Below, piece after piece: positions 47,520 through 58,124 of a stretch of 64,000 nt of DNA (position 1 is the first letter of the stretch; every line of letters starts with the position of its first letter). The translations under genes were made by a program, and so were the position numbers. Source of the stretch: Setoptus koraiensis (Eukaryota; Animalia; Arthropoda); contig CM106586.1 in NCBI GenBank assembly GCA_048013815.1, positions 7,254,001 to 7,318,000 on the forward strand. The letters are read 5' to 3'. A model generated the notes under the pieces. It had not been told where the DNA came from, made no database searches, and was given only the letters and a program-made list of their open reading frames with translations.

Positions 47520-48955
47520 GAGTCGATTGATCTCGGATACTGGTTAACACTTTAACTTGACCAACATTGACTTAGCTTGAAAGTTCAATAGGTGTCGCTG
47601 TTTAATAGTCCAATTGACACAATTCATTTGACGATTCGTTTGACAATTCGTCTGACGATTCGTTTGACTATGGCAATCGATTTAAATGGCGCCACAACAA
47701 GTAAACAGGTGGACATACAAAGTGACAATGACGCAAACAAACAAACAAACAAGCAACCACGAGCCTCGACTCGGACGCGACGCCCACTCAACGGGGCCCG
47801 CTCTTGGGCGCCCTCGTGGAGCATGCGCACAATAGAGAAAGCTAACAAGTGCAAATGTTTAGCATTAACAAAGTTGCTTGTTACGTGACATGACACTACT
47901 GACACTGCCACTCTGACAGCTCGTTGTGGCGCCATTGGCTCCAGCCAAGAGCTAGTCTGTGTGCGATGGCAGCGCCATCTGCACACCATCCATGCGCACA
48001 CACAACACGGGTGCAGTGGGCGCATTTTGATCACATTTGCCGCTTCTATTCACACGTGAATATCAGCAATTATTATGTAACAACACACATTTCGTAACGG
48101 CCTATTCGTTGGCCGTGTATTAGGCCAAATAGGACATTTTGACTCCAATGGCCAGTGGTCAACGACATTGGTTCAAGTAGCGAGAGAGAGAGACAAGTTT
48201 CAGTTAGTGTGTTTAGTGATTTTTATTTATTTTCATCTCTACAAATGGCCCATATACCATCGAAATGCATCTTGGCGGGTCAGAGTGTTGATTGTCACAT
48301 GAACACGGTGGACAAAATTACAAAATTTAAGATAGTGTGTGCATAAACGCTGTTGTTTTAATTCAATCTACTGCACACACACCTGTTGTGATTTTGGGTG
48401 CTAATTTTGGTTTTGGGCCTCCGTTGTTCTTTGTTGCGTCACGCTCTATCTCTATATATATGTGCTCGTTATATATACTTGATGAGGATGGCATGGGGGT
48501 GTCATTTGTAAATGTCGTTCGTTCGTTGGTTTGTTTGATTGTTTGTTGTGGTCTGTAGAGGGGGCACTACCTAAAAAAGTAGCTTAGTCATGGTTGTGTG
48601 TCAGTGATTGGCCATTGTGAATAGTGTGATAATTTTGTGTGTGGCTGGTTCACACTGGCTGTGGGCGCCTCGTTCAGTACCAACGACCTGAGGATGTTTA
48701 TGGATATTGTGTGGATATCATTGATGGATAAGTGGATAGATTTGGTTTGTTTTGGATGGTGTGATTAGTGATAAATTGATTTGTTTGTCAGCGGTCATTG
48801 GTTAGTGATACTACTCGATAAAGCTACTCAGTAAAGCTACTCAATAAAGCACGAGCACACTCTAGGTGAAAAAGTCATCGTAGGGGCGCCTAAAGCGATA
48901 GGTATAGAGCGTAGATGATGAGATAATCGACAATAGATCGAGCAAGTGTCACTGT

Positions 48956-49432
48956 TTAGCGTCGGTCGTCCTCATCGCCGCTTGAATTTGAGCCGTTAGG
49001 AATGCCCCCGATCATAACGTATTCCGGTTGCGACGTTGTGGTGCTGGTGGGCACCGATGGTGGCGACATGGTTGTGGTTGTGGAGGTGGGCCTCAGTGGT
49101 TGCTGTTGTTGCTGCTGCTGGCGGTCATTGCTGATGCCGTTCAGGCCGTTGTTGTTTGTGCCCTGGTGTTGTTGTGCACCACCAACTTCTCGGCCATCTT
49201 GGCCGAAGCCGGAAGCGGCGCCGCGCCCTCTAGAGGCGCTACCAACCAGATTGTGTTGGTTGCCTGTACTACTGTGGGCTCCGATGACTCGCTCGCCCAG
49301 CGCCGGTGACATACGATGATGCGTGGGCGTTGTCGGGTTGTGATAGGTTGTGGGCGACAGTGCCGACGAGGCCAGCATGTCGCGAGTTGACGATGGCGCT
49401 AGAGATGACGACGACGACGACCAAAATGACAT
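48956..49432 (-). CDS. Putative Ser/Thr/Gln/Gly-rich low-complexity protein or terminal exon (158 aa from ATG 49432; ends ...TSQPEYVMIGGIPNGSNSSGDEDDRR*)
   Basis: Open frame with coding-like poly-Q/poly-T tracts similar to neighbouring genes. The track start at 49477 is GTG. A strong 3' splice site (ctaac...ccctcgactcaatcctcactag|) lies at 49441/49440. No family recognised. Confidence 0.5.
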   Translation of the reverse strand: MSFWSSSSSSLAPSSTRDMLASSALSPTTYHNPTTPTHHRMSPALGERVIGAHSSTGNQHNLVGSASRGRGAASGFGQDGREVGGAQQHQGTNNNGLNGISNDRQQQQQQQPLRPTSTTTTMSPPSVPTSTTTSQPEYVMIGGIPNGSNSSGDEDDRR

Positions 49433-50103
49433 TGATGGATCTAGTGAGGATTGAGTCGAGGGGTTAGATGCGTACACATCAACAGAGTAGTCAACTTCGG
49501 TATTGTCGGGGTAGTCTAGTTTTGGGGTTATTTGGGAGCATTATTTTGGGAGCATTGTTTGCAGCGAGATTTGCAACAAAGGGCAATCGCGAAGTTAGGG
49601 GGGTTTGCCGGAAATTTGTGGCGGGTAGCAGGTAGCAAAAATGGGGTGGGGGGAGGGGCAATTTGTGTGAGAGGCAACAAATAGAGGGGACAAACAGAAG
49701 AGAGTCAAGTGCAATTGTATACGGGTGGTTAGTGTAGCGGTGCCCAGATGGAGAGAAGGGGGAATGAAGTTGTGAGTGTTAGGATATGTGCTGCTTCATG
49801 GGTCTATTCAGTCAGAGGGTGGGGGACAGGGTATTTGAGGGTACTGTCTATCGTATTAAGTCATTGGGGGGGGGGAGGGGGCACCACTGCTGTGAGTGCA
49901 AGTGATATAGCTTGAGAGGGGGGGGCGCGTCACCCGGGTTGAGCATGCTGCAACAGGTGCAACACGGGGGGTGCGAGAGACAATTTTCACCCTGTCTGAC
50001 AGAGAATTTTCGCTGTATCACTGAGATGTTTGGGGGAGCTCGGAAGCAAGAGCAATAGCAGCAGCAGCAGCAGCAGTGATGGTGCCATGCTCAGGGAGAG
50101 GGC

Positions 50104-50705
50104 TCATTTCTGACAAACGCAGCCAGCGGCGAAGCTGGGACCCCGATTATTGTTATTATTATTACCTCCGTAGCCGCCGTAGCCGCCGCGACCGTATCCG
50201 CCGTATCCGCCTTGGTAGCCGTATCCGCCGCGACCGTATCCGCTTTGGTATCCGCCGCCGTAGCCGCCGTAACCGCCGCCGTAACCGCCTTGGTATCCGT
50301 AGTTTCCGCGGTGGTGGTGGTGACCTATTGCGAGTCAAAGAGCGAGTTTGGGGGCGCCAGTGAGCAATTTGCACACGTCGCCGATTATTATGCAATTATT
50401 ATAAGATTATTATACAATTATTATGCCCAATAAATGAAAAAAAAAAGAAACGAGCATATGAGTATGAGAAGCGATCGGGTATCAACTCACGTCCGTAGCC
50501 TCCTCCTCCGTAGTATTGGGCGTGGGCCAGGTTAGCCAGGGCCACAACCACCACGACGGCCAACAGTAGGGCGATGATCTGGATGTGCATTTGCGGACAA
50601 AGTAATCAAAGTAAAATGATTTAATTTAGTTAATTGATACTGATTGATCGGCTGAACTGAACTGATTGGCTAACTGGCGATGCTTACTCTTGATTGAGAA
50701 GACAT
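50104..50705 (-). CDS. Small secreted Gly/Tyr-rich protein (GGY repeats), 3 exons 50705-50688, 50578-50491, 50324-50104; 108 aa
   Basis: The hand-spliced model uses consensus sites (AGA|GTAAGC...atccag|ATC, 109-nt intron; GGAC|GTGAGT...gcaatag|GT, 166-nt intron). It gives MSSQSRIIALLLAVVVVVALANLAHA-QYYGGGGYGRHHHHRGNYGYQGGYGGGYGGYGGGYQSGYGRGGYGYQGGYGGYGRGGYGGYGGNNNNNNRGPSFAAGCVCQK*, with a clear signal peptide (AHA|Q). An alternative start MHIQ at 50590 gives a 106-aa version. Confidence 0.85.
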
Positions 50706-50874
50706 TTTGCTGATTGTTGTTGTTTTGTTTGTGCTTGAGCGTTCGATGTTGTTGCGATTTGTGGTTGCTGCGACTGTGGTTGCTGTGGTTTGTTGTTGAT
50801 GTGGTTGTTGTTGATGTGGTTGTGTTGATGTGAGGATCAAATTTGAATGGTGCTCTCCGCTGGCGTGGTCGCCC

Positions 50875-50882
50875 TTTATATA
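50875..50882 (-). promoter_or_regulatory. TATA box (TATATAAA) of the Gly/Tyr-rich protein gene
   Basis: + strand tttatata at 50875-50882, about 170 bp upstream of ATG 50705, followed by a CAA-rich putative 5' UTR. Confidence 0.65.
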
Positions 50883-53406
50883 GTGGTGGCGGGCAAGCGT
50901 CAACTTGTTGTTTTTATCACCTGTTCGCTGTAGATCAGCCGGTTGGATCGACAACAAGTTGTAAATTGCCCCTCTTTCCCCTATATTTTGGAGCGACGGC
51001 AACTAGCAGCAAATTATTGCTGCTGCTGCTGCTGTTGTCGCTGTTGCTGTTGCAAATTAAAGTTTGCATCAATGTTGTTGTTGCCGAGGGCGTGCTCTCG
51101 AGCAACGCGGTACAACAACGCTGCCATCGAGAGCACGCTGATGAGAGAGCAGTAGACAACCTGTTGTGAGCTTGGCAAGCTTGTCGTGTTGCGCTGCGTT
51201 TATTCCGAATCATTGACCATGAATTTGTCTTGTGCTCAAACCACTACGACAAGTGAGAAATCCCCGACTACTCACCTGTCGTCGTTAATAGGTCCACGTT
51301 TATGTGACGATTGTCGTTGACGTCCGGGGAATTCTCCTCCATTTTGCTGTGCCGCTGTCTCGCTGGCTGGCTGGCTGGCTGGAATTGTTAATTAATCACC
51401 GCGTCGAAAATCTAGAGTCAAGATTGATCGCCAGCCGATGTGATGTGAATAGGCGGACCCCTCGCCATTTACGCAACTATTTTTGTTTTTGTTTGTGTCT
51501 GTTCTTTTTCTTTTGTATACTTTTTCAATCTGATCACTCAAGTAGAAAAGTGACAAAACACGACAAGCGAAATAAGGATGTCTCGCTGCGAAACAAAGCA
51601 AGCCTAACGCTCTCTCAAATGCCGACACTCACAATCTCTCTCTGCAATCCGCATTCGATAATGCGAGGCCCATTATCGAATTATCGATACGATTAATCAA
51701 GTTCATTAGCGACAATTTGAGCGGATGAATTTTTCGCGATACCAACCAATCTCAGCCAATTCTCTCAAATATCTGTAAAATCTTTTATAAAATGTGGCGC
51801 CGACGCCATGCAAAAATGAGCAACAACGAAGCGGATAAACCGGAACAGCAGCCAGCATTATCGCTTGTTCATGTCAGCCGGCTTAGGTACGCTCGCAGCT
51901 GATGCTCACCTGTCGTCGGTCACAAGCCAGTGATTTACTTTTGTGACACTATTACAAAATCTGTTAATGCTATAGTAAGTTGGCCACTACGCCGATTATA
52001 TCGATACATTACAGCAGGTTACAACAGCAAATGTACGCGAACAGTGCGTGTATCCACCTATTATCATGGGCGCCACAATGTGTTTGTTTTGCACGTAACA
52101 GCCTGTCTATTGAATAGACTCAAATGCTTTTTGCAATAAATTCGCCACACTCACCTGAGAAAACCTGACGAGCAATAACGCGTACGAGTTCTCGCGACGA
52201 CTAACCCGCCGCCAGCCAGCAACTTGCAGTGCCACTCTTGCCAGCAACGAGAGTGCTTGTTGATTATCGCAAGGGCATACGATTATTCTAATTTCCGCTT
52301 CTTCCCCACTCGCTCGCTGATTTTATTGCCGACTGACTGCGTTATTTTGAGCGACAAAAACAAATTGATGTTGTTGTTGTTTATCTCATTCATCATTTAT
52401 CAATCTGTCCCTCGCTTGTTGTGTGACACTACAAGATAACGATATCAGTGCCACAACAGCGCTTTATCGCTCCATTCGCGCTGCCATTTGCATTAAATAC
52501 AACCTCAGATCAGACGTGCTCAGCAAAACGTGTTGTTTGCTACCGTCTACGTACACGGGCAAACCCACGTTGCGGCGACGACGACGAATACAAAATGGCA
52601 GCCAGTTATAGTTATTGGCTTTGTTCGAGACACTTGATCACTCCTCAATCACCATGGTGATGATATCCTCGACATCACATAGCTGTCTGGCGTTTTTTCC
52701 GTTTCCGACACGGCGTTTTTCCCCAGCCTATCTCTGGCTGTTGTTCTCTTCTGACCCATTGTGCGTCGGGAAAAACCGTCTTGCCAACCGTGAACAATAC
52801 GCGCGTATGTACAATTTCGGGAATTACGTTTGCACTAACGACTTGGCTCCGTTGGTGCAAACGTAATCGTTGGTTGCTGGAAAACACTAAAGTGCGATTT
52901 GCCAACCATTATCAACCATTATCACAAGTGAATGAGCCACTAACGTTCATGCGGGAATCTCCTCATGTGGCAAGATACTAATTCGAGCCCTATGCTCGAA
53001 ATCAATTTCGAATTCGAATTTGATGAATTAATTGCGTGATTCTCTCTTTGTTTGTCGTCCAAGTTTTCGTTGGCCCGGCAACAGCAACAATAGACGACGA
53101 AGAGCACCTGTTATAGATGAAACTCAAATGATAATTGTTGAAAATATGCACATTCATAATAGAACCAACATGAACATCAAGGCTACACACATAAGTTGGT
53201 CGCTCTTCCGAGGAAATAGCACAAAATAGAAATTTGCCACCATTCGAAGGTGCGTCGAACACTGGCGATGAAAACAGGTTATGCAATTGCATATGCTTCG
53301 AAAATTGAAGATTTAGTCGCTGAATGTCCCGCTGAATGTAAGTGCCATTGCTGATTCACTTCAGCTTTGGGCCAACTTTTGCTGCGAGTGGAAAGGGATT
53401 CCTCAT

Positions 53407-53476
53407 CATTCATTCATTCATTCATTCATTCATTCATTCATTCATTCATTCGTTCGTTCGTTCGTTCGTTCGTTCG
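53407..53476. repeat. Compound microsatellite (CATT)n followed by (CGTT)n
   Basis: Direct reading. Confidence 0.92.
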
Positions 53477-54268
53477 GTGGTGATGGCGAAAATTGTAGAA
53501 ACACACAATCAATAATCAACATGCTGATGATGATGATACAACGACCCCTGAGAACTTACATTTTTCAAGGTCACAAACAAACTTGCATTATATCTAACGA
53601 AGATAAATTTCAAAAGTCCGAGCATCCTCCAACTACAGCCTGGCGATAATGTACCACGGTGGAAATGAAATCGAGAATTGTCGGAAGAACTTGTTTTAGT
53701 TGTTGCTATGTTCGAAACTGGACAAGGTCCGGTCGATCTTACGGAACTTATTACTTGTGATATCTAATCCATGATTAGATATCACAAATGGTTGCAAAGA
53801 GATATCGCCTTTTGATTAATTTTTTTCTTAGTCAACTCTGAGCCCTACCCTCAATTGCTGCCCTAGGCTGTGTGACATTTTACTCAGAGTACTCGACCAG
53901 GAAAAAACTTCAGTATTCGTAGTACCGTGAGGTCAAGCGTCGAATTAAATTTTTATTATCATTATTATTATTAGTGTTATTATTGTACGCTATTATTATT
54001 ATTATTATTATTTTACACTGAACGCTAAATTAGATTAATAAATCTCTGGCTCTATACACAATCTTTCGCGATCCTTTCAAAGAAAGTTGCGAAAGAATTA
54101 TCAATATAGTAATAAATTGTTGCAAATTTTTTGTTTCTTCATTTATTATTAAATATTCATATCATCATGATTGGTCCAACAACTGCGAATTGGGTATAAA
54201 TGCATAGGCTCATTTGTTGGTTTGTTTGTTTGTTTGCACTTGTTGAAAGAAAATCAAATCTGACGATA

Positions 54269-56236
54269 TCAATATTCGAGGTCGCAATCATTTGCAATGT
54301 TTAACGCATCTTTTAGCATATAGTCTCTCAGAGCCCATAAGGCGGCTGCTGTTGATTCATGTTTACCAATACCATTGGCCAATGTTTTTGCTGAGAAATG
54401 TTCTTCGCTAACATGTTCGCTTGTGCTCTTCATTTGTTTGACTTTTTGCCATTTTGACACATGTAAACAATCCGGCCTCAATTGTTCAATGTAATTCTTA
54501 AATGTTTCCGAATATACTAAACGTTTCTTTGGTGGTGGGGCAACAAATCTAAGCGTCGGCGGATTTGTTTGTATGCCAACACTTTGCGTTGTTGGTTTCA
54601 GATGATGATGATGCTGTTGTTGTTGAAATGCTTGTGTCTGTCCTGGCATCATGTGAATATTATGATGATGATGACCTTGCTGCTGAGCGTGCGATTGTGG
54701 TGTCATTGAACTACTACCTAATTGAGTGCTTAAACCATGATGATGATTACTATTGGATTGCAAACAATCTAAGCTCGATTGATGAGATTGAGAAGAATTT
54801 GGTGTGAGGCCGGACATTGAGGTGTCGTTGGGTCCCCCTAAAGAGTTGTTATGATTCAATCCGTGTTGGCGCAATTGTTCCTTGGCCAATTGTGCTGCTT
54901 TTCTCTTGCTTAATTTAGGCGTTTGGACAGGATTTGGATCGATAGTGATACCGTTCAGTTCTCTTTCGGCCGCGTCCGCCTGGGCCTTCTCTCTAACTTT
55001 GGCATTGTGTGCCAGTGCTCGTTGTTCGTATTTAGATTTAATTTCATGCGGCAACATCTTCCATTCGGTGCCCACTAGACGGCTAATGTCACCAAAGCTC
55101 TGATCGGGATTCTTATCAATGACACGTTTTCTAATTTCGCTAGCATAAATAATGTAGCCAGTTAACAATTGTCGTTTAGGCGCATCACTATTTCTATGAC
55201 GCCTGCCAGGCGTATGATTGTGTGGAGTGGGCGTAGCGGGCGTTGTATCGGAGGTTGACATGTTAGAGGTTTCTTTCGGTGTTATGGCTGCATGATGATG
55301 GTTGTTGTTTTGGTGGTTTTGATTACTATTGTTGGTACTACTATTATTAATGCCATTTAACGATAGTAAGGCGGCACTATTCAATTGACTATTCAACGTG
55401 GAACTGGTATTGGAGCCATCGAAGGACATATTACTATCCTGGTGTATTAAGGTGGCAGAGGGGTCCAGAGATGAGGCTAATCGTGGCGATGGTAGTGACG
55501 ATGGCGTAGTTGTAATGTGTGCTGTATTGGTAGTTGTATTGATGGTGGTGGTGCTGTTGTTGTTGTTGTTGGTGGTGTTGGTTGAGGCGGCTACGGTATT
55601 GATTGATTTGCCATTTTGTAATTGCTGAGAGCCAGAGGTTAGCTGGTGGCCGCTACGATGGCTGTTGTTGTGTTGCTGCTGATGGCTGTTGTGGTGGTAA
55701 GTTAAATTATGTTGTTGGTTGTTGTGCAACTGTAAATGGTTGTTATTGTTATTATGATGGCTGTTGTTGTGGTTTAGGTGGTGGTGATGATGATGATGGT
55801 CGAGTAGTTGTTGTTCGGCCATGGCCGACTCCTGGGCCCTTTCGAACATTTTCCATCGTTTGTTGAGTACGGACTCTAGCGTAACGGCGTCGTTGTATAT
55901 CTGTGATCCGTCCTCATTGTAAGATTTACAATTGTTGAACATTAATTTAAAATCGTCCATAAGCGCCTCCTCGTTTGGGTATTTGTTTTTCTCCAGTTTG
56001 TCGTGTATGGTGTTCATGGCAATGGGCACCTTTATGAATTCATAATAATCGGGATAGTCCTTCCTAGAGGGCAACGACATGAACAGCGATATGAGCGCCC
56101 TGCCCGTGCCCTCCTCCTTGTACTCTATGAGTGTCTCATATAGAGCCTTCATGGTTGTGTTGTCCGTGTGAACGGTCATTGTCGACGATTGTCTAAGCGC
56201 CGCCGCCTGATTGATGGCAGCCCTGGGAGTCCTCAT
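54269..56236 (-). CDS. PBRM1: Miniature Polybromo-1/BAF180-like protein: one bromodomain (BD5-like), HMG box and PBRM1 C-terminal motif; 655 aa, intronless
   Basis: The bromodomain MKALYETLIEYKEEGTGRALISLFMSLPSRKDYPDYY...DFKLMFNNCKSYNEDGSQIYNDA (~55850-56152) resembles PBRM1 BD5 (EPGSGRRLCDLFMVKPSKKDYPDYY...YNEEGSQVYNDA, recalled from memory). HMG box KRQLLTGYIIYASEIRK...FGDISRLVGTEWKML (~55000-55180). The C-terminal FVAPPPK..LVYSETFKNYIEQL...ALWALRDYMLKDALNI is the PBRM1 tail. First ATG at 56236; the track start at 56308 is GTG. Confidence 0.88.
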   Translation of the reverse strand: MRTPRAAINQAAALRQSSTMTVHTDNTTMKALYETLIEYKEEGTGRALISLFMSLPSRKDYPDYYEFIKVPIAMNTIHDKLEKNKYPNEEALMDDFKLMFNNCKSYNEDGSQIYNDAVTLESVLNKRWKMFERAQESAMAEQQLLDHHHHHHHLNHNNSHHNNNNNHLQLHNNQQHNLTYHHNSHQQQHNNSHRSGHQLTSGSQQLQNGKSINTVAASTNTTNNNNNSTTTINTTTNTAHITTTPSSLPSPRLASSLDPSATLIHQDSNMSFDGSNTSSTLNSQLNSAALLSLNGINNSSTNNSNQNHQNNNHHHAAITPKETSNMSTSDTTPATPTPHNHTPGRRHRNSDAPKRQLLTGYIIYASEIRKRVIDKNPDQSFGDISRLVGTEWKMLPHEIKSKYEQRALAHNAKVREKAQADAAERELNGITIDPNPVQTPKLSKRKAAQLAKEQLRQHGLNHNNSLGGPNDTSMSGLTPNSSQSHQSSLDCLQSNSNHHHGLSTQLGSSSMTPQSHAQQQGHHHHNIHMMPGQTQAFQQQQHHHHLKPTTQSVGIQTNPPTLRFVAPPPKKRLVYSETFKNYIEQLRPDCLHVSKWQKVKQMKSTSEHVSEEHFSAKTLANGIGKHESTAAALWALRDYMLKDALNIANDCDLEY

Positions 56237-56684
56237 GGTGTGGGTGCCGCTGTCGCCGCTCGCTTGCCGCTGTCGTGTTTGCTGGGCTCGGAACCACAAC
56301 TCGACCACAACTCAACCACAGCTCAACCACCAATCAACCACAGCTCAACCACTGCAACCTGCTGCTGCTTAAATGATGCTGCTGCTTAGATGATGCTTAG
56401 ATGATGCTGCTGCTTAGATGATGCTTAGATGATGCTGCCGCTGTTGTTGGCGCCCGTCGGTCCGTGTGCCCGTGTCCGCGTTTGTGATAACCAGCAAATG
56501 TGCGTGTGTTCCAGTTTCCAGTGGCCGCCGCCGCCGCTCCAAGTGATGCTGCTGCTCAGTGCCGCCGAGCTTGAGAATTGGCGAAGAAAGTGGATTATCA
56601 CCACTGTGTGTTTATATCTCTGTTTATATCTGTCGAGCCGTCCGTCCGTCCGTTCGTCCACCGCCTTGCCCTGTGCCAGCGAGC

Positions 56685-56718
<34 letters not shown>

Positions 56719-56879
56719 TATCGATTGTTGTATTCGGAGTGTGAATATCCAGTCGCCGTATTGTGTGTGCTCTGCTGTGTGCTGGCTCCAAATTAATATT
56801 ATTACATATGTGTATAATTATAATTAATATTATTATTTATTTCTCGTTAAATAGAGCGCACTACCATATGATGTGTGTG

Positions 56880-56922
<43 letters not shown>

Positions 56923-58089
56923 AGAACGTTGTGCTGTGTAGCGTACAACAATTTGAATATAAATATACATGTATGAATATACAGAAATGTCTATCGTTGC
57001 CACTGCTGCTGCTGCTGGCTCTCCGTCCAACAGCTCACAGCGCACACACACACACACACACCAATCACGCTAGTTGGAGGCGCAAACACACACACACACA
57101 ATGCTGCTGCAGAGCAACAGAATTATCATTGCATCTGCAACACAACGCACACACCGTTCCCGCCTGCACAGCGCGCGCTCTGTGCGGCGCACACTCACCA
57201 CTACTACTGCTAGTACTAATAATCGCTACTACTGCTACCAGCTAGCATAATACTCGCTAGTGCAGGGCGTGCGCCGTCGGCGCATGCCAATCGGTAGCTC
57301 GCAAACGCTCGGCCAGGGGGCGCGCTGCTCGATGCCAGTTGCCGCTGGCCTGCTTGTTGGCGTTCGCGCAGCGTCGAGCACAACGCCCGCCAAGTGCAAT
57401 CAACACGAAACAACATTCACCGACAGCAGTCATCGTTCGGCTGCCCGCCAGCCGTGCCGACGCCAGCGCCTCTCACAGACGCTCCTGAAAATAGGCGAAC
57501 ACAAACAGACATCCGCCAGCGGGCAAAGCGCAATTATCAAGCTGTCGTGTGCATAATACAACAATCGCCTCACACGGCGCGACAAACGCAGGTAACATGA
57601 GCCAGCCAACTTTCACTCGGACAGTCTCACTGGGCAGCCCCATCTTACCCGATTATGCTGTGTGCGACCCCCAACAACAAACCAGCAATCAGAGACAGAG
57701 ATGGACGCCGTTAGAATCGAGCGCAATCAAACGTCCAGTGGCTCGTTTCGCGCCATTCCGCCAAAATTCACCCTGCACGGGAAAACGGCAAGAAAAGGAC
57801 CATTTCGGAGCTGGCAAAAATCTTCATTGCAGCACCGGCTAACCATCACTCTCGAACAGATTGGACAGAATCGTCGGGGATTGAAGAGAGATCGATTTGG
57901 GGCGACGCTGGTCGCAATTAGTCGGTGATTCGCAACTTACAAAGCTGTGATGCGCAGTTTACAAGTGCGCAACAATAACCAATAAAAACCGTTTTGGCAC
58001 GCTTTTCAACTAATCTCGTATTGTGTGGCACAGGCTGTGTGCTACACAATACGCTGTACTCACAGCAAGCACACACAAGCCTAGTGAGT

Positions 58090-58124
<35 letters not shown>

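Noticed and set aside
48990-49025. EYVMI as an LC3-interacting (LIR) motif
   Set aside because: The four-residue core is too common, and it would be irrelevant if the exon is spliced to a signal peptide.
56237-56308. 24-aa N-terminal extension of polybromo
   Set aside because: It starts at GTG; the first ATG is 56236. An upstream exon cannot be excluded but none was identified.
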